Below, piece by piece: positions 9,403 to 20,073 of a stretch of DNA of 64,000 nt (the first letter of the stretch is position 1; each line of letters begins with the position of its first letter). The notes below the pieces were generated by a model. The model was not told where the DNA came from, searched no databases, and saw only the letters and a list, made by a program, of their open reading frames with translations. Location: positions 1-64,000 of IMG/VR virus record IMGVR_UViG_3300021400_001366. One strand, given 5' to 3'. The DNA comes from a virus. Taxonomy: Duplodnaviria; Caudoviricetes. The translations under genes and the position numbers were made by a program.

Positions 9403-9999
9403 ATGAGCACGATCATAGCCGTATGTAGCGGGAATTTCTGCCTCATGGCTGCTGATTCCAGGATGGTTGTCAATTCCGATAACGCTGGCTGGGAAGTTTA
9501 CAGCGACGATGCCAAGAAGATTTTCAAGATCGGCAATGTTTTGTTTGGTGTAATCGGCAAGCTGTGGAAGGATGAAGTTATGACAGCACCGTTTGTTGGT
9601 TACAACAACATGAACATATATAACGCTCTGGATATTCTGGAAAAGTATGCTATGGACAATATACTACATATCTATGACTATCCGCGCAACTACATTTTAT
9701 GTGGTCAAGAGAGCGACGGAAAGTATATTATCGTTGTCCTGAAGTTCAACGCGGAGAAACATGGCTTTGATCGTGAAGTGTATCGTCCACCGGAGGAATA
9801 CGATAAAGCCTATGTGCTGGCCTTGCCGCCGTCATTGGCTGATAGGATGGAGTATTTCAATAAGCTGCTGGAACGTGAAATCAACGCTTCAAAGTCCACG
9901 GATGAAATGAAGAATCGCTTAACCAATCTCATACGGAAGATCGGCAAGGAAGATGTACAGCACACCGTTGGCGGCAAGATTCAATGCATAGTGATATGA
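9403..9999 (+). CDS. Ntn-hydrolase (proteasome beta/HslV-like) fold protein
   Basis: N-terminus MSTIIAV...AADSR, later KIFKI and C-terminal TVGGKI; own promoter TTGAAA 9352 / TATAAT 9375. Confidence 0.6.
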   Translation: MSTIIAVCSGNFCLMAADSRMVVNSDNAGWEVYSDDAKKIFKIGNVLFGVIGKLWKDEVMTAPFVGYNNMNIYNALDILEKYAMDNILHIYDYPRNYILCGQESDGKYIIVVLKFNAEKHGFDREVYRPPEEYDKAYVLALPPSLADRMEYFNKLLEREINASKSTDEMKNRLTNLIRKIGKEDVQHTVGGKIQCIVI

Positions 10000-10000
10000 G

Positions 10001-10210
10001 GTGCAAACAATGCCTGTTATGATCGACCTGACCGGCAGAAGATTTGACCGGCTGACCGTTGTCGAAGCGACCAACCAAAGGGAAGGATCGTCTGTGGTCT
10101 GGAAGTGTCGATGTGATTGTGGGAATTTTTGCATGGTATCATCCAGGCGATTGACGGCCAACAAGAGAAGTTCATGCGGCTGTCGCAATAAAAGGAAGGG
10201 GGAGTCCTAA
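10001..10210 (+). CDS. isolated N-terminal Cys-rich domain of HNH/AP2-type phage endonucleases (fragment-like)
   Basis: DLTGRRFDRLTV...WKCRCDCGN...SCGC with no nuclease domain. Confidence 0.65.
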   Translation: MQTMPVMIDLTGRRFDRLTVVEATNQREGSSVVWKCRCDCGNFCMVSSRRLTANKRSSCGCRNKRKGES

Positions 10211-10224
10211 TAAGACTCCCCTTT
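10198..10224. terminator. intrinsic terminator between convergent genes
   Basis: GGGGAGTC-ctaataa-GACTCCCC followed by TTT. Confidence 0.8.
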
Positions 10225-10226
10225 GA

Positions 10227-10649
10227 TTATATGAACTTGTGCGGATTGATCCGATAGCTTCCTGAAAGAATCTTAATGAAGTCAATGAGCGCGAGGATTA
10301 TTCCAATGCCGATCCAGCACGTCAAAAGCCGCAGGATGCCCTTCTTAGCTTCGCCCATGACGAAGTTGTGAACGCCTATGCCGCCTAGCAGGAAGCACAC
10401 AAGGGCGATTAGATAGGGATTATGGCCATCTAAATACCGTGGTTCAGGTTCGTAATAACTCCTGCTGGTCGGAGCATGAGAAACCGCACCATTAGAGGCA
10501 GCGCGAGAAACCGCGCCGGTAGCACGATAACCTGTATCGTTAGAAGCGGTACGAGAATCCGTATCGTAAACGACACGAGAACCGCAAGCAAAGCAATACT
10601 TTGCATCGTCGTTGAGCTTCTGGCCACAATGGGAACAATACATAGTCAA
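10227..10649 (-). CDS. zinc-ribbon plus TM2-domain membrane protein
   Basis: CSHCG..DDAKYCFACG; LCFLLGGIGVHNF-type TM2 motif. Confidence 0.85.
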   Translation of the reverse strand: MTMYCSHCGQKLNDDAKYCFACGSRVVYDTDSRTASNDTGYRATGAVSRAASNGAVSHAPTSRSYYEPEPRYLDGHNPYLIALVCFLLGGIGVHNFVMGEAKKGILRLLTCWIGIGIILALIDFIKILSGSYRINPHKFI

Positions 10650-10867
10650 TCCTCCATTTCAACATAGCATATCAAATCGCCTGGTTGACAGTGTAGCAGA
10701 CCGCAGATAATCTCAATGTTGCTTGTGGCGATCATCTGATTGTTACGGAGCTTCTGGATGGTTGATTCACTCAGGATTTTTTCAGTCCGTAGTTTATACG
10801 TTGTATAGCCACGGTCTTTTAGCGTTTCCAGAATATCGAACTTATATTTCAATCCCATCAACATCAC
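10646..10867 (-). CDS. Cro/C1-type (HTH_26) transcriptional regulator
   Basis: LKDRGYTTYKL...STIQKLR...IEIICGLLHCQPGDL. Confidence 0.85.
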   Translation of the reverse strand: MMLMGLKYKFDILETLKDRGYTTYKLRTEKILSESTIQKLRNNQMIATSNIEIICGLLHCQPGDLICYVEMED

Positions 10868-10869
10868 CT

Positions 10870-11058
10870 CTACAGACCTTCATTCATAGCCTTTTCAATG
10901 GCCAATTTGCACCAAGTAGCTACCTTAATATCCTTGTCCTGACAGTACGCCTTGATCTTTTCAAAATCTTCTATTGAGTAGTCGAGGACAACTTGTTTCC
11001 GCTTCGCAGCCCTGTATTTCAAATCCGCTTTGCGCTTCGCTTCTGTTATCGGAGCCAC
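10870..11058 (-). CDS. ribbon-helix-helix-like regulator
   Basis: TEAKRKADLKY...KQVVLDY...IKAYC...WCKLAIEKAM; GGAGGTGA RBS on the minus strand. Confidence 0.65.
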   Translation of the reverse strand: MAPITEAKRKADLKYRAAKRKQVVLDYSIEDFEKIKAYCQDKDIKVATWCKLAIEKAMNEGL

Positions 11059-11086
11059 AAGATCACCTCCACAAATGGATTATACC

Positions 11087-11205
11087 ATACATGTAATGTA
11101 CCGTCAAGGGATGATACATTACAAGTAATGTACATAACATACATTACAAGTGATGCATTTTTGTGAAAAGGGTCAATGGACAATGCATTACAAGTGATGT
11201 ATAAT
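11087..11205. promoter_or_regulatory. divergent promoter region with three TRCATTACAAGTRATGYA palindromic operators
   Basis: copies at about 11115-11132, 11140-11157 and 11184-11201; the last lies inside TGGACA-17-TATAAT. Confidence 0.8.
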
Positions 11206-11402
11206 TGAGACATCAAATCAAGGAGGAACACGAAAATGTTTAACCTCGTATACACCAACCGCAACGGCAAGATCATTCGCCTGACCCTGAACACCTGGGA
11301 CGATGTGGAGAAGTGGACGAACCGGCTTGACGCGAGAATCGAAAAGGGTACTTGCGGCGGCTACAACGTAAGCAAAGCGTGAACGGAAGGAGGAACACCA
11401 CA

Positions 11403-11771
11403 ATGAAGATCACGATTGATAAGAAGATGACCACCGTCGATAAGATGCAGCGCACCAGAGAACAGGTCAAGGAGTTCAAGGAAATCTACACCGATGGCGA
11501 CTTGCTCAGGATGTTCCGCGACGCTGTTGATGGCTGGAAGTACGGCTACTCTGATGAGATCGTGTATTGCAATCTCAGCGCTTTCCCTGGCGGCACGATG
11601 GAAACCGACGAAACCCATTACAGCGTGGACATGCTGCTGGAAGGTTTTCGCAGGTTCACGAAGGTTCACTTCTACATTTCGCAGAGCGGCGAGGTTGACA
11701 CTCGTTGGGTGTTCGACGGACAGGGCAGCATGATGCAGATGTACAGCATCGAACAATACAAGATGGCATGA
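11403..11771 (+). CDS. hypothetical protein
   Basis: RBS before ATG 11403. Confidence 0.75.
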   Translation: MKITIDKKMTTVDKMQRTREQVKEFKEIYTDGDLLRMFRDAVDGWKYGYSDEIVYCNLSAFPGGTMETDETHYSVDMLLEGFRRFTKVHFYISQSGEVDTRWVFDGQGSMMQMYSIEQYKMA

Positions 11772-12055
11772 TCGACAAGCTGGGCTAACGGCTATACGGG
11801 CTAGGGGAGTGATTATGATTTCAGATACCAGCTAACAAGGGTGCACACCAAGATCAAACGGAGGTAAACGCGATGCCCGAAGAATTTATGCAGGAACTTC
11901 ACGAACTGGAAGCCCAATACTTCACGATCATTCAAGAGGACATGCTGGAAGAACGACCTGAAACCCGACAACTCAGAGCGCGACTGAACACCATGTACGA
12001 CGAGATTGAGGCCAACGGATTGGACACACTCGACATTTATTAGGAGGGTTACATA

Positions 12056-12823
12056 ATGCAGAACAGTATCGAGATTTTCAACAATAGCACCTTTGGCAAC
12101 ATCCGCACCATGACCATTGACGGCGAACCGTGGTTTGTTGGCCGTGACGTGGCCGCAAGTCTCGGATTCAAACAGGTTGTCGCCGCTGTCCGTCGCAAGG
12201 TCAGCCCGAACTACAAGCGCGATTACGTCATGACTTCCAATGGCGGGGAGCAGCACATCACACTCATCAACGAACAGGGCATTTACAACCTGGTCATGAA
12301 CTCCCGCCTCCCGAACGCGCTGGCCTTTCAGGACTGGATTTACAAGGACGTGATTCCGTCCATCCGTAAGCACGGCATGTACATGGACAAGACGCTTCTG
12401 GAGTTGTCGCTGAAAGACCCGGAGTATGCAATGGGTATGCTCAAAGCCTATGCGGATGCTACGAAGCAGGTCAAGCAGCTTAAATGCACCAATGCCGCCT
12501 TGACGGAGAAGATCATGAAATGGGATGACCGGCTTGTCCTGAGCGCCCTCATCCGCGCCTATGGTGCAGGAGTTTTCAAGGGCAACATGCAGCTTGCATG
12601 GAACAGCTTCTACAAGGAGCTTTTGTACCAGCAGCACATTTGCGTCAAGGCAAGACGCGCCATGAACAGCAGCGCGAACACGATGGTTGAACTCATCAAG
12701 CCCGAAGAATGGCCGCGAGTAATCAAGTGTGCGGTGGCTTTCTGCGAGAAAAAGAAGATCAAAACCGGAGAAATCTTGGCACACTACAACGGCGAGGTCG
12801 AGGAAACTCCAATCGCAAGCTAA
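12056..12823 (+). CDS. BRO-N domain antirepressor-like protein
   Basis: IFNNSTFGNIRT..IDGEPWFVGRDVA..LG; FQDWI...VIPSIRKHGMY. Confidence 0.92.
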   Translation: MQNSIEIFNNSTFGNIRTMTIDGEPWFVGRDVAASLGFKQVVAAVRRKVSPNYKRDYVMTSNGGEQHITLINEQGIYNLVMNSRLPNALAFQDWIYKDVIPSIRKHGMYMDKTLLELSLKDPEYAMGMLKAYADATKQVKQLKCTNAALTEKIMKWDDRLVLSALIRAYGAGVFKGNMQLAWNSFYKELLYQQHICVKARRAMNSSANTMVELIKPEEWPRVIKCAVAFCEKKKIKTGEILAHYNGEVEETPIAS

Positions 12824-12893
12824 CCTGAATGGCGGAGGGGCAGAGCCTAATCTGCCCCATATAAATAGGTAGGAACTCACAAGGAGGTACACC

Positions 12894-13139
12894 ATGTTTG
12901 ACATGAACGAATTTAGGAAAGGCTTCACCGCTGAGCTATCCTTTATCCGCTGGCTGGATGCCAAGGGCGATACATACACCAAGCCTTACGTGATGCAGGA
13001 ATTTAAAACCAACATGAAGAGTAGGGAATACGAGGACTCCTTCTGGAAATTCTTTGAAGGTCGGGTCGCGGTATCTCTTGACGAGTGCATGGCCTTTGAA
13101 CTGGCGGTAGAGAACTATTTCTACGCTGAGCTGGCCTAG
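12894..13139 (+). CDS. hypothetical protein
   Basis: ORF with RBS. Confidence 0.7.
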   Translation: MFDMNEFRKGFTAELSFIRWLDAKGDTYTKPYVMQEFKTNMKSREYEDSFWKFFEGRVAVSLDECMAFELAVENYFYAELA

Positions 13140-13155
13140 AAAAATATTTTTGAGA

Positions 13156-13201
13156 AAATCAGTCGTTAGCTATTGACATTGCGCATGATCTATGGTACAC
13201 T
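13156..13201 (+). promoter_or_regulatory. promoter with AAATCAGTCGTTA element
   Basis: TTGACA 13173-13178, TACACT 13196-13201. Confidence 0.8.
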
Positions 13202-13233
13202 ATAACTGTCAGCAAGCAAAGGAGGATTTGAAA

Positions 13234-13674
13234 ATGAAGAGCATCATAGATCAGCGTCGTGAACAGTGGAAGCTCCTGGAGCAGTTGAGGGCTGAGAAAC
13301 GCGCGGAGCAAGACAGGCTGGAAGCCGAGGACATCGCCAATCCGATGGAGGATGAAGAATGGTATTCCCGCATGGACGCCATCGACGCCAAGTATGATGA
13401 TCGGATTTCTCAGTGCAGCCGCCGTCACTACTGGTTGGGCTACAAGTCCTGCCGCAACGACTGGTTCAAGTGCTTTGTGGAATCCTTCGGGCTGTGCGAG
13501 AGCAAGCGGATTTCCCGCAAGCAAGCTGAAATCTTCATGCGGTACTGCGAAACGCAGAAGGAATACCAGAACGCCAGAGGGATGCGCTACCTTGCCAGAG
13601 TTGGAAACCTGTGCGTCAAGTGCAGCGTGTACGGCGACCATCAACCGGCTTACGTCACCATAATCGAGTTCTAA
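13234..13674 (+). CDS. hypothetical protein
   Basis: RBS before ATG 13234. Confidence 0.75.
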   Translation: MKSIIDQRREQWKLLEQLRAEKRAEQDRLEAEDIANPMEDEEWYSRMDAIDAKYDDRISQCSRRHYWLGYKSCRNDWFKCFVESFGLCESKRISRKQAEIFMRYCETQKEYQNARGMRYLARVGNLCVKCSVYGDHQPAYVTIIEF

Positions 13675-13687
13675 GGAGGTCTGAACC

Positions 13688-13948
13688 ATGATTAGCAAGT
13701 CCAAGATCGACAACTTCCTTTGGGAGGTTGAAAAGGCTCTCATGAACCGCTACGGTGTGGATGCGGCACAGCGCGACATGTCCACGCTGTACTGGTACAT
13801 CAATACCGGTCGGGCGTGTGTGGAGTTCCTGCATCTGCTGACCAAGGCCAAGCCCTTCATGGTGGCTAGAAGGTTGCACAATGGCGGCTCAGACGAGGAA
13901 ATCATCAAGCGCATTAAAGCCTTGATCGGATTCAGGGAGGTGGCCTGA
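13688..13948 (+). CDS. hypothetical protein
   Basis: ORF with RBS. Confidence 0.75.
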   Translation: MISKSKIDNFLWEVEKALMNRYGVDAAQRDMSTLYWYINTGRACVEFLHLLTKAKPFMVARRLHNGGSDEEIIKRIKALIGFREVA

Positions 13949-15221
13949 GTGGCGAAGAATCCAGAGGTATACGTGCTCTGTACGCGATATAAAGTACCTC
14001 CACACTATTGGGAAAAGGCTCCGTGCTACGAGTTCTGTTTTCTCGGAGTGTTCCTGGATAAGCAAGCTGCGTATAGGGCAATGGTTGATTACGTCGCGCA
14101 ATATAACAGGCCGCATAATGACGTTAAGGTGTTTGGTGTTACATCTGGCGTTATAACGTATGGCGTAAACGAAAATTGGGATTAATGGAGGTGGCTTGAG
14201 TGAGCAAATACGTCACGTATTACAATACGGCTGTGAGTTTATACAAGGCTGGATGGCACGACATTACTCCTGGAATGATCTATGGGAGCGAGTTTTACAC
14301 GTCGAAAGAACAGAAAATCCTGGAACGCGCTGCCAACGACGTGATGGATAAAGCCTACCTTCTGGCCATCAAGCATCATCCTAACTGGCTGTTTGCCGTA
14401 AAGTCTGGCGCTTCACCCGAAAGATGTATAGTAGCATGGCATAACGACGATCCAGATAGCAAATGGCTGGATGAACTAAAGCACATTGAAAGCGAGGTGG
14501 AAGCATGAACAAGCTCAAAGACATCATCGAAACCTGGATTTGGGATGGCAAACCGCCAGCCAAGAAGATGCCACAATATATGGCGGATGTGCTGATTGAC
14601 ATATACAATGGGTTGTGTACATCTGGTATGGCAACATTCATTGAATCTGAGCTTCTGCCCGTGCTGAGCAAATGTGGCATCAAAACGGAAGCGCATGGAG
14701 TGGGCTATGCAGCATATATCGAACGATAGTTCATAGGAGGAACGCAATGTACGAAGTCATACTCATGGAGAAAGACTCAAAGCTGTGGAGCGAAAAGATG
14801 GGCAGACTCAACCACCTGGACGCTCAGATCGGTGACGCAGAATGGATGTGCTGCTACACTGAAATGCTAGGCTCTGAAATCGACGAAATCATCAAGGCCA
14901 AGGAAACGCTGCTGGCGGCATACAACAGGGTCATTAAGCGCGAAGGATATTTTGATACAGTAGAGGGGTGAAACCATGACGGAAAACCGCAGACACGTAT
15001 ACGGCATACGCATTTACCTGAAGGATGGTTACAAGCCTATGGCAGACCTTGCCTTTGGCGTTGGTGGCCGGACGAATGGTGAGATAACAACCATTGAATG
15101 GGACAGACCAAACGAACGTGAAAAGTATCACATTGATAGCTACACGTTCATTTGGGATGATCGTGAGCCTGTTCAATCTCAGTCGTTTCAGGAATACGCG
15201 AACGGACACAACAAAGGATAA
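13949..15221 (+). other. run of five small coupled hypothetical genes (13949-14185, 14200-14508, 14505-14729, 14747-14971, 14976-15221)
   Basis: abutting + strand ORFs, each with an RBS. Confidence 0.65.
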
Positions 15222-15235
15222 AGGAGGGAATTACG

Positions 15236-16027
15236 TTGAAACTCAGCGAATGCACCAAGAATTATACCAAGCAGCGCGTGATTATGTACAACCGCGACCA
15301 GACGAAAGCGCTGTATAAAAACCGTCTTTTATCATGCGTAAACGGCTGTATTTACGTCGGTGAACCTGTCTATGACAACTACAGAAACGAACTTTTTGAT
15401 GTGTTCGCTAAGTTTCCTGGGCTTCCTGCGCTTTGGCTGAACACCTTTAGCGGACGCTGTGAGATCAATGGTATGGAACAGTGGGATGTAATCAAGGATA
15501 TGGCAAGCCTTGACGCATTTGTGGAATCCATGAAGCAGAAGATCAAGGATGAAAGCCACATTCGCCTGACGGAGATCCTGCTGCTGGAGAACATCGACAA
15601 GAAGCTGGCCAATGATGCAGTAGCGGCAAAAGCTGCATTTGAAGAAAATCTCAAGCGGAAGCACGACGAGCGCAACCGGCAGGACGCAGAAGAAGCGGCA
15701 CGGCGAAATGCTGAAACCATGAAGGAGATCGAAGCAGCGGAACAAACGATTATCAACGGAGGTGAACTTAGCAACAACCCCATCATCATCTATGGAAAGT
15801 ATACATGGGAACGTCAAAGCTACACGATGATTGAGTACCTGATGCAGAAATACGGTGTCGAGCCAAAAGGCAGAACCAAGGGCTGGATTCGCGAGAACCT
15901 GAAAAGAGTCGAGATCAACGACCATGCTTTTACCTGGCACTATCAGACTTCATCCAAGAGAAAAAGTAGCTTCGATAGCGCTGCGAACTCTCTAAGCGAA
16001 CTTATCATGAAGGTGAGGAACAAATGA
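15236..16027 (+). CDS. hypothetical protein
   Basis: 263 aa ORF, TTG start with GGAGG RBS. Confidence 0.8.
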   Translation: MKLSECTKNYTKQRVIMYNRDQTKALYKNRLLSCVNGCIYVGEPVYDNYRNELFDVFAKFPGLPALWLNTFSGRCEINGMEQWDVIKDMASLDAFVESMKQKIKDESHIRLTEILLLENIDKKLANDAVAAKAAFEENLKRKHDERNRQDAEEAARRNAETMKEIEAAEQTIINGGELSNNPIIIYGKYTWERQSYTMIEYLMQKYGVEPKGRTKGWIRENLKRVEINDHAFTWHYQTSSKRKSSFDSAANSLSELIMKVRNK

Positions 16028-16753
16028 AATACTTTGTAGAAATCGTCAAAGACCAGGGCTTGTATTACGCCAATGTGTTGATTGGCGGCATGGATGAAAA
16101 CGGCATCTTCCATGAGCCGAGGTTCAACGATAAGATCAAAGAGTACATACCCTATGCGGCACTGCGTCATGAGATTTGGAGCAAGGCTGGTATTCCACTC
16201 CCGCGATATAGCGATCTGAACTGGAATGCTCATCAACGGAAGTATTACGCTTACATTGAAGGGAAGGTCGGCAGATTTCCCGATATTCTCCCCGACGTAG
16301 GGCATGATTACGAAGTGGATTGGAGGGAATCCGCATGATCGGTGTATTCTGCTTAGACACGAAAAGAACCCTATACTTCGATGCAAAAACGCCATATGAG
16401 GCCATGGAAAAGCTGATATACTATCTGAACTTGAGCCACAAAGATCCGAACGCTAAGATACAGTTGGTAGGCAAGGGGCGGCATCTGACCGTGATTCACA
16501 ACGGCAAGACCTACAGTGTGAGAAACTATTAAAGGAGATCAGGATGGGAAAGAATCTGATTTGCAGCGCGGGAAGCAAGGAACAATTGGAGCAGATGATT
16601 AATCGTTGGTATCTGTCCGAGAACTACGTCATCACTAAGGACAACGGCGAGTACAGAGCCTATAATAAGAAGCTGAAGCGGTACTCTGAAATGCTGGTGA
16701 AGGAACAGGGAGGACGCTGGAGATTTGAAAGACCAGGTTTAACAAAGAGTTAA
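16024..16753 (+). other. three small hypothetical genes (16024-16338, 16335-16532, 16544-16753)
   Basis: overlapping start/stop codons and RBS. Confidence 0.65.
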
Positions 16754-16768
16754 TATTTCAAGGCGTCA

Positions 16769-16814
16769 AAATCAGTCGTTAATACTTGACATTTAACAAA
16801 TCAGGGTGTATAAT
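16769..16814 (+). promoter_or_regulatory. promoter with AAATCAGTCGTTA element
   Basis: TTGACA 16786-16791, TATAAT 16809-16814. Confidence 0.85.
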
Positions 16815-16845
16815 ACAGCCATAGAAAAAAGAGAGGTACTGAAGA

Positions 16846-17175
16846 ATGAATCGTATGATTTACTTTCCTGACGGTTCCAGTGAAGCTGTATATGGTAGCA
16901 CTACTGATGAAATCAAGTATCGGTTCTCTGATATTCTTGAAAATAAGTGCGGCCTTGAGGCCGCCCAGCTCTTTCAAGAGCTGGCACTCAGGGAAGAAAA
17001 GGTAAACAATGATGACTATGAACGTATCTCTGATGGTTACTACCAGATGCTCAATAGCACTGTTGATGAACTGGACGCGATCCTGGAAAGCATCAAGGAA
17101 GGTAAGCGGCTGAACCGTGACAAGCTGTACACCAGCATCCTCCGTATTCGGAACGAGATCAACTCAAATATTTAG
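16846..17175 (+). CDS. hypothetical protein
   Basis: ORF downstream of a promoter, with RBS. Confidence 0.75.
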   Translation: MNRMIYFPDGSSEAVYGSTTDEIKYRFSDILENKCGLEAAQLFQELALREEKVNNDDYERISDGYYQMLNSTVDELDAILESIKEGKRLNRDKLYTSILRIRNEINSNI

Positions 17176-17182
17176 TTAGAAA

Positions 17183-17228
17183 AAATTTGTCGTTAGCTAT
17201 TGACATTTGGATGATCTGGAGTTATACT
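17183..17228 (+). promoter_or_regulatory. promoter with AAATTTGTCGTTA element
   Basis: TTGACA 17200-17205, TATACT 17223-17228. Confidence 0.8.
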
Positions 17229-17262
17229 TGGTACACAAGCAAACGAAAGGGGATTAACCACC

Positions 17263-18585
17263 ATGAAGGACATGAACGGTATCGACATCAAGCTGGGTAG
17301 CATCGTCAAGATCGACAACTCCTATTTCAAGACCGACTCCGGTTACTGGTTCGTCACTCGTTCTGATTCTGATCTCACCCTCCGCAAGATCAATAAGAAC
17401 GGCAAAATCAGCGTTACCGAAAAGGTTTGCTTCTGGCCGCTCAAGTCCTACTGTAGCGATCACTGGAAGAACGTCGCCGCCAATCAGCACAACAAGGCCA
17501 ACGCCACCATCCAGGTTGTGAGCGATATTCCTTCCTTTGATGTTTCCCGCTGGTTCGCTGAAGAAGCTGCCAAGTATCGTGAACTGGCAGATGATAGGAT
17601 GCGGCGCGGTTGGGCTGAATCCGAGTATAGCAACCTCGTTGAACTGGCTGAAACCTTTGAGCGTGTCGCTGCTGATAACCAGTGCGCCGCTCCTGAGAAG
17701 AAGGTCGAAACCGGCATTAAGTTCTACTGGAACGGCATCAAGGTAGATGGTGGTCGGCTGATCTCCTGCACCTACGGCATCGACGGCGACAACGTTCGTA
17801 TGTATGCAAGCAAGTACAATTCTAAGTTGCCTGGCCGTTACTTCGACGTTGAGAACTATTCGGACAGTATGACCGATTACTTTGAGTATGACCACGCTAC
17901 GATTACTCCTGAACATCCTCTCTATAAGGTAGCTTACTATTACGCCTGTGCTGCGGCTGCAAAGAGTGCTAAGCAGAACATGGCCTACTGCGAAAAGCGT
18001 CTGGCTCAGACTGGCAACCGCTACTATGAGCAGCAGATTGATTCCTACAAGTCCAGCATTGAACGCTTCGACGGCATGGTCAATCCGGGTCAGCCTACCG
18101 AGGACGATTACAAAGCGATTGACGCTCTGCGCATCCAGAAGAAGCAGGAACGCGAAGCGAAGGAAGCGGAAGAACGTGCTGCCGCTGAAGCTGAGATGAA
18201 CCAGAGGATCGCGGATGGCAAAAAGTTCATCGAAGAAACGATTGAGAAATACCCGATCATTGACGGTGAACCCGTTGTGACCTTCCTGTGGTCTGAAAAT
18301 CCCGCGTTCTATGCTTGGAATGACGGCGAACTCAAGACCTCGCTCATGGCTGCTGACATCATTCTGGCGCACTATGATACTAAAATCGAAGTCCCGAAGG
18401 GCTACGACAAGACCAAGATCATGGTATCGTATTTCAACCCTGAAACCAATGAAGAAGAGGACATCACCGACCGCTATGACCTGGGCGACATGGAATTTAA
18501 AGGGCTTGCAGGACTGATTGAGGCTTGGGAAAACCAGACGCTTGCCTGGATGATGTGCAAAGCAAAAGCGCGATATGCGGCATAA
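17263..18585 (+). CDS. polyvalent protein with LPD29-like and LPD25-like motifs
   Basis: NYSDSMTDYF (LPD29-like); C-terminal GYDKT...RYDLGD (LPD25-like). Confidence 0.6.
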   Translation: MKDMNGIDIKLGSIVKIDNSYFKTDSGYWFVTRSDSDLTLRKINKNGKISVTEKVCFWPLKSYCSDHWKNVAANQHNKANATIQVVSDIPSFDVSRWFAEEAAKYRELADDRMRRGWAESEYSNLVELAETFERVAADNQCAAPEKKVETGIKFYWNGIKVDGGRLISCTYGIDGDNVRMYASKYNSKLPGRYFDVENYSDSMTDYFEYDHATITPEHPLYKVAYYYACAAAAKSAKQNMAYCEKRLAQTGNRYYEQQIDSYKSSIERFDGMVNPGQPTEDDYKAIDALRIQKKQEREAKEAEERAAAEAEMNQRIADGKKFIEETIEKYPIIDGEPVVTFLWSENPAFYAWNDGELKTSLMAADIILAHYDTKIEVPKGYDKTKIMVSYFNPETNEEEDITDRYDLGDMEFKGLAGLIEAWENQTLAWMMCKAKARYAA

Positions 18586-18793
18586 GGAGGGCATTAGAAT
18601 GACGATTAAGAAGTTCACGAAAAAGCACGGTTTCGGTGTCGGCACTATCGAATTTGATGGTGAAATGTATCAGGGCAGGTGCTCAACGAATGAATCCACG
18701 GCGAAATACCGTGATCTGAGCGTCTGCATTCAGAAGATGATCGATATGGGTTGGATTTTGTTGCCATAGGAAAATCAGTCGGGAGGTAACGAC

Positions 18794-19024
18794 ATGAGTA
18801 AACCAATGCCACCGTGCGGAAAGCACTGTCCGAAGCGCGTCCTGTATTGCCGTTCTACCTGTCCTGAATGGGCTGATTATAAGAAGAAATGCGACGAATA
18901 CATGCAAGTCAGACGGAAGCTGGGTCAGCTTGGCCGTGACCTTGGCGGGGTGATGCAGGAACGTAAGAACAGGCGCGACGAGAATAAGAACGCCTATGTG
19001 AAGTATAAGGACTTTTTCAAATGA
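18794..19024 (+). CDS. small Cys-rich basic protein
   Basis: PCGKHCPKRVLYCRSTCPEW; RBS. Confidence 0.7.
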   Translation: MSKPMPPCGKHCPKRVLYCRSTCPEWADYKKKCDEYMQVRRKLGQLGRDLGGVMQERKNRRDENKNAYVKYKDFFK

Positions 19025-19217
19025 GCTGGCGCAACGACATCGGAGAAATCGTCTTTGAGTTCACCTGCGATGACGAGGATTTTGTAATCGCTAAAAACTC
19101 GGATGGCAAGTATCAGATTTTCCGCTGCTATGGATATTATGGTTATGAATCGTATTCTATGACCTGTGATACGCCTGGCGAGTGCCTGAACGGTTGGTTT
19201 GACTTGGAGGTAAAAGC

Positions 19218-20072
19218 GTGACTGAGATGCAGAAAATCTACCACAACATTCAGGTTGGCGGCTTGTGCTATATTCCTGAACGGAGTGTCAACGGCTTCAA
19301 CACGTTCATTGATTGCGGCATTGTTACCGAGATCGACGGCGATAATGTTACCGTCAAGCGTTCTGTTTTCGACCCTGAACTCTATGGCAGGATGAAGGGC
19401 GGTTACAAGGATATTTACGACGTGTTCAATATCTTTGACGTGTTCACGTATAGTAAGGATGGCCGCGAACTCTGCGAACAGAAATTCGGTGAACGCTGGT
19501 TTGATTTTCTGTGTCATGGCTGCGACTGTTACCACCGCGCGGATCAGGGCTATGAACCGAACTGTGCCAGATGCGCCCACGTCCAGAAGAAAACCGATGG
19601 ACTGAAAAGCTATGGTGTCTGCGACAAATGCGGATTTGAAATGCGTGTAACGGAAGAATACCACCCGAATGGCGCACACTTCTGCAAACACTTTGAGCCG
19701 AAGTGGCCGCAGGATAAGCCAATCTATCAGGATTTCGATTCATGGATGGAGCATCAAAGGGTCTGCGAACACAATAGAGAATGTCCGTTTCATAAAAATT
19801 CTGCATGGAAAACCAGGGACTATGAAACATGGCTCAATGAACTGGTACATCTGGGTGTTCATGCACATTATCATGGCCGCGAGGTTAGAGAAATCGCGTT
19901 TCCCAGGAAGAATCGGATTAACGCTGACTTCTACCTTGGCAATGGTAAATTCGTCTGTTCGATGGTGCGGTATTCTCCTAAACTGAACCAGAATGGAACG
20001 CTCAAAAAGGGTGAATCGTGGAATGATTGGGCTGAATGTCCCGAAGGATTCATTGTTGTTGACGAGGTGTAG
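19218..20072 (+). CDS. Cys-rich hypothetical protein
   Basis: 284 aa with several CxxC motifs; GGAGG RBS. Confidence 0.75.
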   Translation: MTEMQKIYHNIQVGGLCYIPERSVNGFNTFIDCGIVTEIDGDNVTVKRSVFDPELYGRMKGGYKDIYDVFNIFDVFTYSKDGRELCEQKFGERWFDFLCHGCDCYHRADQGYEPNCARCAHVQKKTDGLKSYGVCDKCGFEMRVTEEYHPNGAHFCKHFEPKWPQDKPIYQDFDSWMEHQRVCEHNRECPFHKNSAWKTRDYETWLNELVHLGVHAHYHGREVREIAFPRKNRINADFYLGNGKFVCSMVRYSPKLNQNGTLKKGESWNDWAECPEGFIVVDEV

Positions 20073-20073
20073 C

